This document shows, one piece after another, positions 53,336-63,800 of a stretch of DNA of 64,000 nucleotides (position 1 is the first letter of the stretch; the number at the start of each line of letters is the position of its first letter). The position numbers were made by a program, and so were the translations under genes. The stretch covers positions 26,796-90,795 of the IMG/VR virus record IMGVR_UViG_3300002026_000029; one strand, given 5' to 3'. The DNA is from a virus. The notes beneath the pieces are model-generated. The model was not told the origin of the DNA. It saw only the letters and a list, made by a program, of their open reading frames with translations, and did no database searches.

Positions 53336-53596
53336 ATGTTAAATAAAACACCAACAACTGATATCGCATGGAGTAAGGCACTTAGTACGTTAAGTTCTGA
53401 GGCATTCTACCTACTAGCTATTCTACACTATAAAAACTTCTACATAACTGATGAGACACTAATGGAGTTTACCAACCTTGGTGTTAGTAGTCATAGAAAG
53501 TATAAGAGTGAATTAATAAAGGCAGGATACTTGAGTATTAAACAGATAGGCAAGGGTGTGTATCATTACACTATAAAGGACGTAAGTAATGGCTAA
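53336..53596 (+). CDS. Winged-HTH protein
   Basis: LSSEAFYLL...L....N.G.......ELIKAGYL. Confidence 0.6.
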   Translation: MLNKTPTTDIAWSKALSTLSSEAFYLLAILHYKNFYITDETLMEFTNLGVSSHRKYKSELIKAGYLSIKQIGKGVYHYTIKDVSNG

Positions 53597-54380
53597 GAAT
53601 ATAAGTGAGATTGTTAATATGGCTAATGAGGCTTCTGTTAGAGCAGTTCCTGTTACTAGTCAGAATATAACAGTAGAGAAGTTAAAGAAGTTTATGCCAA
53701 AGGGTAGCTCAACATCTATAACACAAGAAGTTGTTGATCTAGTAAACTCAATGGGAGCTGATACTGGATTACCACAGGAGTTACTAGAGGAAGACTTCAT
53801 GTCCTACTTAAGTGTTCTCACTACTAGTAGGATCAGTGCTCCTGACTATATCAATGCTGTTAAGTACTGTAACTTAAAGAGGAATATGAGCAACAAGGAA
53901 GCTTGGGCAATAGTATTTCCTCATAGGTACGATAAACTAATTGAAGAAGGTCGTCAGGTTGATAGTCATGTTAGTATGTTTGATAAGTGTAAGGCTGTTG
54001 TAGCTATTGATAAAGAGCTACTAATACCAATATATTTACAGTACGCAGGTTACTTCCATGCAGCAGTAAAGAAGCAATTTGATTTGATGAATGGTATTGC
54101 ACCTAAGGATAAGAATGGCAAGGATGCCTTTGTAAGTCCTATGGTACAACACTTAGCTGCTAAAGAGTTATCAGCACTAACTAGGATGCCTGAAGAAAAC
54201 AAGCTGAGTATTACTGTTAATCAGGGTGAGATTACTATGAATGCAATGAAAACTATGACAGAGCAGTTAGCTGCTCTCAGTGCAAAGCAGCATACTAGAC
54301 TGAAGAATGGTGAAGACATCATTGATGTACAGCAAATAGGTATAGATTTTAATAATATTGGAGTAGATACATATGAGTGA
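53589..54380 (+). CDS. N4 gp69-like protein (terminase-adjacent)
   Basis: F.SY..VL......DYINAVKY........AW...FP.RY, VSPMVQ..AA..L; directly upstream of terminase. Confidence 0.7.
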   Translation: MAKNISEIVNMANEASVRAVPVTSQNITVEKLKKFMPKGSSTSITQEVVDLVNSMGADTGLPQELLEEDFMSYLSVLTTSRISAPDYINAVKYCNLKRNMSNKEAWAIVFPHRYDKLIEEGRQVDSHVSMFDKCKAVVAIDKELLIPIYLQYAGYFHAAVKKQFDLMNGIAPKDKNGKDAFVSPMVQHLAAKELSALTRMPEENKLSITVNQGEITMNAMKTMTEQLAALSAKQHTRLKNGEDIIDVQQIGIDFNNIGVDTYE

Positions 54381-56088
54381 AATTAAAAAGAGTCTAAAGA
54401 AGTTTGATGTTGATGCAGCACTAGACTCAATTGACTTATCGTTCAACGGATACATACCATCAGAGGATAGCTTAAAATTCTTCAATATCATTAGACTAGT
54501 ACAGGGTAAGGACTTCGAGTTTAACACACCCTTAGTTCACTACTGGATTGTAGACTTATTACTAGGTAATATTAGTAGAGCACAGTACCCGTATGGTGAA
54601 GAGGTTAATAGAAATATTACTATTAATAATAAAAGAATAGCTATTATGATGTCGCGCGGTTTGGCGAAATCCTCTATAGTAACGTGCTTCTGGCCAGTGT
54701 ACTGCTCAATAGTAGGTGAAGTTCCTGACCTAGGACTAGTTCACTTCGGAGTTGGTATTGCTGCATCAGCTCAGGGTGGTGGACGAGTTATAGCTAAGAG
54801 TATTCAGTCCCTTTGTGAGGACAGTAAGTTCTGTAAAGAGTACTTTGAAGATATGAGGTTTACTGAAACTGAGAGTGAGTTCACTAGGAAAGGTACTGGG
54901 AGTAAGGATGATAGAACATTCCTGTTTCGTACAATGGGATTTAGTGGGGGTATCCGTGGTACTAGATCAAACGTAGGCTCACACAGACCTGACTTCCTAG
55001 TATTTGATGATACAATCCTTAATACTCAAGCAGCATACTCAGAGACGATTATGCATACGCTGAAAGAGACAATAGACTCTGATGCTATTAATGCACTGAA
55101 GGGTGGGAATAAAGGAAAGATCTTCCACGTGTTTACTCCGTTTCATAGTAATGACCCTAACTACAGAATGCTTACTGAAGGGGCGTATACACCTGTTGCT
55201 ATCCCAATATGTGAGAAGGTGTACGAAGGTATGCCTAAAGAAGAGTTTGTTGGAGCATGGCCTGATATGCACCCGTATGAGGCTGTTATAGAGCAATATA
55301 ATCAAGCAGTAGCATCTAGTTCTACTAAGTCATTTAATCAGGAAAGGATGCTTAGAATTAGCTCTGATGAGGATAGAATGATACCTGAGGAATTAATTGA
55401 ATGGTACAGTCGTAAGGTATTACTAAAAGAACTTCATGCATACAATATTTATATAACCACTGACTTTACAACTACATCCGAAGCGAAGTCTGACTTCTCT
55501 GCTATATCAGCATGGGCTGTTAATAGTAATAGAGACTACTACCTAGTAGATTTATGTGTTAAGCGTCAAAGTATAGCTGAGCAGTATGATGAGTTATTTA
55601 GGATGGTAGGATTCTGGACTTCACATGGAAAACCAGTAGAGGTCGGTATTGAGATTGATGGACAGCAGAAAGCTCACTTATTTTCATTAAAAGAAATGAT
55701 GGTTAAGCGTAGTGAATGGTTTCAGTTTGCTAGGCAGAAGGGTACAAAGTATGGAAGTGTTGGTATACTAAGTAGAAACTCAGGAGGCAGTAAGCATGAG
55801 AGATTTAGGTTCATGCTTCCACAATTTCAGAACCATAAGATGCACTTTCCACTTGAACTACAAGATACACCTGATATGAAGGAGGCGTTACTCCAGATTA
55901 AATACACTACATGGGAATCATTTGGTGGAAAAGACGACTTCATAGACACTGTTAGTCAGCTAGGTATGATTGAGATTCGTTACCCGAATGTACCTAGTAA
56001 TAATGGTATTACAACTGATAGAGAGGGCTCTATTTGGAGAGATATACATAGAGAGGACGATTCATCAGCATATTCTAGTTATGCATAA
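54373..56088 (+). CDS. Terminase large subunit (N4 gp68-like)
   Basis: Y.PS....F.N.I, RGLAKS, GIRG...RP.F.VFDD, TPF, F.QE.MLRI, YITTDF.TS...SDFSAI..W, DDFID.VS.L. Confidence 0.9.
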   Translation: MSEIKKSLKKFDVDAALDSIDLSFNGYIPSEDSLKFFNIIRLVQGKDFEFNTPLVHYWIVDLLLGNISRAQYPYGEEVNRNITINNKRIAIMMSRGLAKSSIVTCFWPVYCSIVGEVPDLGLVHFGVGIAASAQGGGRVIAKSIQSLCEDSKFCKEYFEDMRFTETESEFTRKGTGSKDDRTFLFRTMGFSGGIRGTRSNVGSHRPDFLVFDDTILNTQAAYSETIMHTLKETIDSDAINALKGGNKGKIFHVFTPFHSNDPNYRMLTEGAYTPVAIPICEKVYEGMPKEEFVGAWPDMHPYEAVIEQYNQAVASSSTKSFNQERMLRISSDEDRMIPEELIEWYSRKVLLKELHAYNIYITTDFTTTSEAKSDFSAISAWAVNSNRDYYLVDLCVKRQSIAEQYDELFRMVGFWTSHGKPVEVGIEIDGQQKAHLFSLKEMMVKRSEWFQFARQKGTKYGSVGILSRNSGGSKHERFRFMLPQFQNHKMHFPLELQDTPDMKEALLQIKYTTWESFGGKDDFIDTVSQLGMIEIRYPNVPSNNGITTDREGSIWRDIHREDDSSAYSSYA

Positions 56089-56138
56089 TGAATAGGATTC
56101 TACTATAATGCTAAATTAGTTTATAGAAAAGGAATACA

Positions 56139-56591
56139 ATGACCTATACCACATTAAATAACATTCTAACCGGGCTATTACTCGGTGATAATACAATACC
56201 AAAAGACCCAGAAGTTATGAAGGGACTTGTTCAGTATGCACTAACAACAGTTGCTATGCAGGCTGATTCACTACACCTAATGACACTAAGTGTAACTGAT
56301 AATGTACTCCGCCTTACACAAGGTGACTACATGATACGAGTTCCGGCTGTTCCATTATTAGATACTGATGAAGTAGATATTGATGATGAATTAGTGTTTG
56401 CAGTTGCACGATACATGGCCAGTTACTTAAGCAAAGAGAAAGGTGGTATTCATGTTAATGCTGCTGATCGTATTGTGAAAGACTACAATGCTAAAACATG
56501 GGAAGTACTTGAGCAAATGCAGAAGGAAGCTTATGCTGGTGGAATTGGTGATGTATGTTATGCTGAGCCTGATACTACCTGGACATTGTAA
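56139..56591 (+). CDS. Putative virion structural protein (head-tail adaptor-like)
   Basis: Follows terminase; IDDEL..AV..Y.AS pattern; upstream TATAAT. Confidence 0.45.
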   Translation: MTYTTLNNILTGLLLGDNTIPKDPEVMKGLVQYALTTVAMQADSLHLMTLSVTDNVLRLTQGDYMIRVPAVPLLDTDEVDIDDELVFAVARYMASYLSKEKGGIHVNAADRIVKDYNAKTWEVLEQMQKEAYAGGIGDVCYAEPDTTWTL

Positions 56592-57079
56592 TGACATATC
56601 CTCCAACAGAATTAGTTGCTGCTATTGACCTTGTTGATTGTGGTATACAGGGTGCATTGAATGGCGCTGATATAAAGAGTGTTAGTAGAGTTGGAGACTT
56701 GGAGAACAAGATCTCAATTGGTACGGCTAGTGTCTTTGTAGCCAAACAACTGTTTAAAGAGAATGCGCCATATAATGTACAAGTGGTAGATGGAGTTACA
56801 ACATTTGTGATGTCATATAACTTTCTACAGGAAGCCCGTAGACACTTCAGCGGTGAGCAGACAGAAGCAACTTCAACGTTTAGTCCTCTTGAGTTAGAGT
56901 TTTATAATACGTATATAGATTACGAAGATGGTATAATTACACCTATTGAACTAGCTGCTCCACTCACTGTCCTACAAACATGGGTTGCTGATGAGATAAC
57001 TAGTACACCTCATCCAGAACTACTAAGAACTTATCCTACTACTCATAAGTGGAATAAAACATTAAAACTAACAATATAA
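56591..57079 (+). CDS. Hypothetical late protein
   Basis: TAATG-coupled ORF. Confidence 0.55.
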   Translation: MTYPPTELVAAIDLVDCGIQGALNGADIKSVSRVGDLENKISIGTASVFVAKQLFKENAPYNVQVVDGVTTFVMSYNFLQEARRHFSGEQTEATSTFSPLELEFYNTYIDYEDGIITPIELAAPLTVLQTWVADEITSTPHPELLRTYPTTHKWNKTLKLTI

Positions 57080-57088
57080 AGGATTACA

Positions 57089-58327
57089 ATGGCTAGAGAT
57101 CTTCTTACCATTCTAAAAGAGGTTAGAGGTACAAGTGCTCCTGAAGCTCCAATAGTTGATGGTATCTATCATGATTTAACAATTAAAGATTACAATGGTA
57201 ATGCTGGTGTGTACGGGGATATAGTTGCTAAGTATACAGGTATTACTACGGCTGCTAACAGTGTTGCATCTGATATAGTTACGATTCAGGCTAGTAAGGA
57301 TGCTGCAACTCAGTCTGCGATAGTGGCAGCAAGTAGTGCAGATTCTGCTATTGCAGCTAGTGCAGCCGCGCTGAACAGCAAAGAAGCAGCTAGTATTAGT
57401 GCTTCTAATGCATTAGCTTCAAAGAACCTAGTGGATGCTAGTGTTAGCATAGTAATTAATGCTAAAGCGATTGTGACTGATGATCTAGCTTTAGTGCAGA
57501 GTGCTGCTATTACTACAGCTAATAATTTAATAGCTAGTACAGCTGTTATGAGTACAACAGAAGCCTTTAAGGACACAGCTGTAACAGCTAGTGTTACATC
57601 AGTTGCTATACAAGCCACACTTGATAAATACTTTATAGGAGCTGTTAATACTAATCCTACAGTAGACAGGGCTGGTGATACGTTAGTAGAAGGTGCTGTG
57701 TACTTTAACACAGTTACTAATAAAGTTATGTACTTTAATGGTATTTCATGGTACTCACCAGAATCAATTACAGCAGGCTATGCCGGAGATGCACACTTAG
57801 ATAGTATGGTAGCTACAACAGCCGCATCAACTGCGACAGCAGCTAGTCTGTTAACAGCAGAGAATGCAGGACTAGCGCGAGCTGATGCTACACTTACAGA
57901 GCTACTAGTTGATTCAATTACAGATGACGTTGCTACTACAACTGCTAATGTTATCTTAACACATGCTGATGTAATAACAACTGCTAGCAATACTACTACT
58001 ACTGCAGGATATTTGAGTGAAGTCACAGAACTCGTATCCACTATTAGAGATGGACGTACATGGTTCTTTGGTGAAGGTGACCCATTAGATAGTACTGGTG
58101 TTGATGGTGATATGGCATACAATATGTTATCAACTGTAACATTTATTAAGGTAGCAGGTATATGGAGGTATACAACTATATTAAAAGGTGCAGCAGGTGA
58201 TATGGGTCTAACACCAGAGATGGAGTTTTACATGGATGGTGAATTGCTAAAGTATAGAGTTGTTAATTATATAGGTACAGTCGAACAAGTAGAACAAGTT
58301 GAACAAGTAGAATGGAGTTTAACATGA
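57089..58327 (+). CDS. Tail fibre-like structural protein
   Basis: Ala/Ser/Thr-rich coiled coil; GAVYFNT....YFNG..W and G.G.P....G.DGD.Y modules. Confidence 0.7.
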   Translation: MARDLLTILKEVRGTSAPEAPIVDGIYHDLTIKDYNGNAGVYGDIVAKYTGITTAANSVASDIVTIQASKDAATQSAIVAASSADSAIAASAAALNSKEAASISASNALASKNLVDASVSIVINAKAIVTDDLALVQSAAITTANNLIASTAVMSTTEAFKDTAVTASVTSVAIQATLDKYFIGAVNTNPTVDRAGDTLVEGAVYFNTVTNKVMYFNGISWYSPESITAGYAGDAHLDSMVATTAASTATAASLLTAENAGLARADATLTELLVDSITDDVATTTANVILTHADVITTASNTTTTAGYLSEVTELVSTIRDGRTWFFGEGDPLDSTGVDGDMAYNMLSTVTFIKVAGIWRYTTILKGAAGDMGLTPEMEFYMDGELLKYRVVNYIGTVEQVEQVEQVEWSLT

Positions 58328-58758
58328 ATGGTGTAGTTACTAATTTACCTGAGTTAATAGAATCAACTATTATAGCTTATGGGATTAATCAAGGTGCACC
58401 TGGTACGGATGGTATTGATGGTGTAGTTGGTCCAATAGGGCCACAAGGGGCAACTGGGACTAAGGGCTCTAAGGGTGACCAAGGTGTTAAGGGCAACACT
58501 GGAGCAACTGGTCTTACAGGTGATACAGGACCAGCAGGGTTACAAGGTTTAACTGGTAAAAGTGCATATACCTCTGCTATTGAGACTGGAGCTTTTGGTG
58601 GTACAGAGGCTGAGTGGGCAACTAAGATGTTAATGACATACACAATCCATGAGGTTGATACAAAGTTCTCTGATGTACTAGATTTAATTAGCCCTAATGG
58701 TACACAGTATAAGATTGTTGTGAGTAACACTGGTGTGTTATCTACAATAGAAGTATAA
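58312..58758 (+). CDS. Collagen-like tail fibre protein
   Basis: (Gly-X-Y)n, GKSAY..A...G.F.GTEAEW, L.SPNGT.Y...V.N.G.L. Confidence 0.75.
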   Translation: MEFNMNGVVTNLPELIESTIIAYGINQGAPGTDGIDGVVGPIGPQGATGTKGSKGDQGVKGNTGATGLTGDTGPAGLQGLTGKSAYTSAIETGAFGGTEAEWATKMLMTYTIHEVDTKFSDVLDLISPNGTQYKIVVSNTGVLSTIEV

Positions 58759-58768
58759 GGTATTAGTA

Positions 58769-60874
58769 ATGAAAATACGAAAAATAGATACGATTGGTGT
58801 TAAACCTTTACTAGATATAGGGGAGTTTGGTTACGATGCCTACGTAGCTGGAGCAGACGTAGGTAGAGTATACATCGGAACTGGTACTGCTAATATTCCA
58901 ATAGCAGCATTAGCTGATGTTGGAGTATATACGACACATACTACTGATGGACAAGTATTAGTTACAGTACCTAATACAATAGCAGCATTGTTAGAAGTGA
59001 ATAGTGTGTTACAAATACCAGGTATAGACTATAGCGTAGTAAACACAACAACAGTACAGTTTTTAGTTCAATTTAATGGTACTGAAGTCCTAACTATTAT
59101 AGACATGAGTAATGTTCAGACAATTATAGACAGATACACTTTGTCAGCTAAAGGGCAGCCATTAGGATTAGCTGAGCTTGATGCTGCTGGAAAAGTTCCA
59201 CTTGCACAATTACCAAGCTATGTTGATGCTATATTAGAGGTTGCTACGTATTCTGCATTACCAGTTACTGGGGAAAGCAGCAAGATTTACATAGTAGTTG
59301 CTGATGAAACAAGTAATGGTGATACTAGTTCATACAGATGGGCAGGTACTGTGTACGCAATGGTTAGTAATATACTAACAGCTGCAGACATAAAAGCTCT
59401 GTATGAAAGTAATGCTAACACAAATGAATTTAGTGATATAGAACAGACTAAGTTAAGTGGTATAGAAGATAATGCAACTAGAGATCAAACTGCGTTGGAA
59501 ATTGAGACGTTATATGAAGGGTTGACAGATACAAATAAGTATACAGATGCTGAAAAAGCTAAAGTAGAATATATAAGTGTTAGTTCGGCTGTGGATTTGA
59601 ATCAATTTGAAACTACAACTCAGTTAGGGTTACGTGATGCAGCAAATAGAGCACGAGCTAATCATACTGGCACGCAGGCATTAGACACAGTTACCGAAAC
59701 TACTACACAGAAGATTATGACAAGTGATGAAAGAATAAAGTTAGGTGGTATTGAAACAGCAGCTACTGCAGATCAAACAGCTAGTGAGATAGAAACACTG
59801 TATGAAGGTGTCCTTAATACAAATAAATACACTGATGCTGATTTAGCATTAGTTGATGTAAGTACTGCACTTACAACAGCAGCAACTACCCTTCCAACTG
59901 CAGTGAATGAGATAAATACATTAGTTGCAACTAATAGCTCAAATATTAATGTAATCATAGACTCTATTGCAGGACTTAGTAGTGCTAGTGGCGCATTTGG
60001 TGCTACAGCTATTGCTATTGATATTCCAATTAATGGAACACTAGTTACACTGACTGCATTTGACCTTAAGTTAGATGGTTCAGATCCAGCTATCATGGAA
60101 TTAATACCAACAACTGGTGCGTTTATACTTAAGCGGGCTGGTAAGTATAGTTTCATATCAAGTATCTATGCTAAAGCAATTGATAAAGATGCTGATATTA
60201 CCCCGCGTATTGCGTTAACTACTAGTATACCATTTAATATAGGTGGGGACACTATTGTATATGATGATACATTTGCACTGGTAAGAGTAAAGAAAGAAGG
60301 TATTATATTCCCAGCTGCAGTATTATTTGAGGTAACTCAAGCAATGCTAGACTACTCAGGTGGTGAGGTATCAGCCAGTTTGAGCTTTGGACATGTAGAG
60401 ATTATTACAGCTGATAAACAGTTAAGAATAACAGGATTTGATTCAGTACTAAGTACTGTTAGTGCTGTGTACTCAGGGTTTGCAGATCACAGTCAGTTAA
60501 CTGGTGTAATGGCTATAGGTAGTCACCCAGCTGCTGCTATAAGTGTGACAACAATAGGAAACTTTAATAGTGTTGATGTACAGGCTATGCTTGAAGAGTT
60601 TGATAGTAAATCTGGTAGTAGTAGATATGATACAATGCTAAGTACAAAAGATGTTATAGATATGCTGTATACTAATGGTGACTTAACAGCTGTAAGGTAT
60701 GCTGGTGATAATGGTACAAGCCTATATTACAGAGATGTATTAACGTACACTAATGGTAATTTAGTAAATATAAAGCATTACTACGGTACAACCAACTTAA
60801 TGACTCAAAGTGCTACTACAACTTTAGCATATGATATGAATGATAATTTAATAAGCACAGCTTACACGGAGTAA
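58769..60874 (+). CDS. Tail fibre/appendage protein
   Basis: G.A.LD..GKVP..QLPSYVD, repeated KL.GIE..AT.DQTA.EI..LYE...TNKYTD, RANHTGTQ. Confidence 0.75.
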   Translation: MKIRKIDTIGVKPLLDIGEFGYDAYVAGADVGRVYIGTGTANIPIAALADVGVYTTHTTDGQVLVTVPNTIAALLEVNSVLQIPGIDYSVVNTTTVQFLVQFNGTEVLTIIDMSNVQTIIDRYTLSAKGQPLGLAELDAAGKVPLAQLPSYVDAILEVATYSALPVTGESSKIYIVVADETSNGDTSSYRWAGTVYAMVSNILTAADIKALYESNANTNEFSDIEQTKLSGIEDNATRDQTALEIETLYEGLTDTNKYTDAEKAKVEYISVSSAVDLNQFETTTQLGLRDAANRARANHTGTQALDTVTETTTQKIMTSDERIKLGGIETAATADQTASEIETLYEGVLNTNKYTDADLALVDVSTALTTAATTLPTAVNEINTLVATNSSNINVIIDSIAGLSSASGAFGATAIAIDIPINGTLVTLTAFDLKLDGSDPAIMELIPTTGAFILKRAGKYSFISSIYAKAIDKDADITPRIALTTSIPFNIGGDTIVYDDTFALVRVKKEGIIFPAAVLFEVTQAMLDYSGGEVSASLSFGHVEIITADKQLRITGFDSVLSTVSAVYSGFADHSQLTGVMAIGSHPAAAISVTTIGNFNSVDVQAMLEEFDSKSGSSRYDTMLSTKDVIDMLYTNGDLTAVRYAGDNGTSLYYRDVLTYTNGNLVNIKHYYGTTNLMTQSATTTLAYDMNDNLISTAYTE

Positions 60875-60881
60875 TATATAT

Positions 60882-63800
60882 ATGGATACTATAAGTTATA
60901 GCATAGCAGCTAAAGCATTAAAAGAACTGGCAAGTAAGGCAGATATAAATGGTAATGGTATTGTGATACCTAAAGGTGCCACAGTTGAAAGACCTATACT
61001 AGGTGTAAATGATTATGTGCTTAGATATAATACAGATGAGTCTGGATTAGAAGAGTGGAATGGTGTAGCTTGGAATAATATTAGTGGTAATATAACAGCT
61101 ATAAATATGAAAGGGACTGACACTGAAGCAAATATACTAGCAATGGTTGGTATGGGAACTGAGGATTTATGGATAGCTAGTGACACACTTTACGGCTTTG
61201 TGTATGATGGGAGCATGTGGATAAATATAGGACCTATACAAGGACCGCAGGGATTGCAGGGTTTACAAGGTATTCAAGGGGTTCAGGGTATTCAAGGTGA
61301 TACTGGTATTCAAGGTATTCAAGGTATTAAAGGTGATACTGGTATACAAGGTGATACTGGTGTACAAGGTGATACTGGTATACAAGGTATTCAAGGGGTT
61401 CAGGGTATACAAGGTGAAACTGGTATACAAGGAATCAAAGGTGATACAGGAAATACTGGTGATACAGGTACTAATGGAATAGATGGTGCAAAGATAACTG
61501 GCGTATCTACGAGCAAGGCTGGTAAAGATACTACTGTAACTGTTAGTGGAGATTTTGTAGGTGCTCCTTCTGTATTCCATATACTAGATGGTTCTGATGG
61601 TACTGGGGATATGCTAAAAGCTACATACGACACTACTAATAATGGTGTAGTAGATAATTCTGAAAAATTACAAGGTTTTGTAGTAGGTACTGGTTCTAAT
61701 AATATAGTGCAACTAGATGCTACTGGTAAATTACCTGCTGTAGATGGGAGCCAACTTACTGGCGTAAGTAGTGTTGGCAGTATAGACGATTTAACAGATG
61801 TGAATACAACTACTGTGACTCCTACCAGTGGTGATGTTTTGGTATGGAATGGTATTGGTTGGGTACCAGGCGATAAACAAGCTAGTCCAACATTTACTGG
61901 GACTGTAGTATTACCAAGTACTACTAGTATTGGCACTATAACTAATACAGAACTAAGTTATTTAGACGGTGTTACCAGTGCTATACAAACTCAATTTACT
62001 GGTAAAGCTCCAATAGATAGTCCTGAATTGACAGGTACACCAACAGCTCCAACAGCAACAGCAGGTACTAATACTACGCAGGTTGCTACTACAGCTTTTG
62101 TTATAGCCAATACTACTACACCAACTATCACAACCCCCACAATCACAGCACCTACAACAGGAGCTATGGACTTCAATGGTGTTATCACTACGTCAGTGTT
62201 TGCAACATCTACTACCTATGCAGGAGTTCACGACTTCACTCACTGGCAGGTAAGTTATACAGCTGATTTTGCTATCAACCAAGTAGAGAGTACTGCAGGT
62301 AATCTAACCTCATGGAGTCCATCTGTTGGTGTACCACTACAGTTGTGTTATGTACGTGTTCAACATGGTAGCGATGGTCATCGTAGTTCTTGGAGCCCGC
62401 CTATTAGTTTTACTACATCGGATATTGTCATTAATACTCCAACACTTACTGTCGATGGAACTCCTACAAGTGTCCATGAAAATCCAGTGCTTACAACTGG
62501 TGCGTTCAGTGTTGCTAATAGTGGTGTTACTACTCATGCTTCAACTGATTGGACGATTACCCGTGATTCCGATAGTGTTGTGGTATGGTCAAGCCTAGCT
62601 AATACAGTTGACTTGCTTACGATTACAGTTCCTGCTGGCTTCTTGGCAGTAAGTACTGCATATACATTTAAAGCAAGACATACAGGTGCTGCTTATGGGT
62701 CTAGTGCGTATGTTAGTGTAGCTGGTACAACACTGGCTACTTTTTCCTATGAGAATTATTTAGCTGTAGGTCATGATACATCCCCATACGTTACAATCTA
62801 TGGTAATAGTGTAGATACTAGTACTAAACTAGCTAATCCTGCAACTTTACCTACTGGTACTAGTTATTATAAAGGCGTAGCCTTTAGTGCTGATGGCGTT
62901 TATATGTCAGTTTCTCATGCTACAGCTCCATACATTACAATATACAAAAGAGCAGGAGATGTGTTTACTAAGCTAGCTAATCCTGCAACATTACCTGCTA
63001 GTACTGGGTATGGGGTTGCATTATCGTTTACTAAGCTAGCTAATCCTGCAACATTACCTGCTAATACTGGGTATGGAGTAGCCTTTAGTGCTGATGGCGT
63101 TTATATGTCAGTTGCTCATGAGACAACTCCATACATTACAATCTACAAAAGAGCAGGAGATGTATTTACTAAGCTAGCTAATCCTGCAACATTACCTACT
63201 AGTACTATGGTTGGCGTAGCCTTTAGTGCTGATGGTGTTTACATGAGTTGTGGTCATACTACAACTCCATTCGTTACAATATACAAAAGAGCAGGAGATG
63301 TGTTTACTAAGCTAGCTAATCCTGCAACATTACCTACTGGTGCTGTGTATGGAGTAGCCTTTAGATACAAAAGAGCAGGAGATGTGTTTACTAAGTTAGC
63401 TAATCCTGCAACTTTGCCTACTGGTACTGGGATTGGTGTAGCATTTTCAGCTGATGGTGTTTATATGAGTGTTGCACATAGCACTACTCCATTCATTACA
63501 ATATATAAAAGAACAGGAGATGTGTTTACTAAGTTAGCTAATCCTGCAACTTTACCTACTAGTACTGGGCGTGGAGTTGCATTCTCTGCTGATGGTGTGT
63601 ACATGAGTGTTGCACATAGCACTACTCCATACATTACAATATATAAAAGAGCAGGCGATGTGTTTACTAAGTTAGCTGACCCTGCAACTTTACCTACTAG
63701 TACTGGGTTAGGAGTTGCATTTAGTGCTGATGGTGTGTACATGAGTGTTGCACATGTCATTACTCCATTCATTACAATATATAAAAGAGCAGGCGATGTG

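Noticed and set aside
57310-63772. Minus-strand ORFs in the tail region and plus-strand ORFs opposite early/middle genes
   Set aside because: Antisense shadows of real genes caused by codon bias and repeats; no RBS or motifs.
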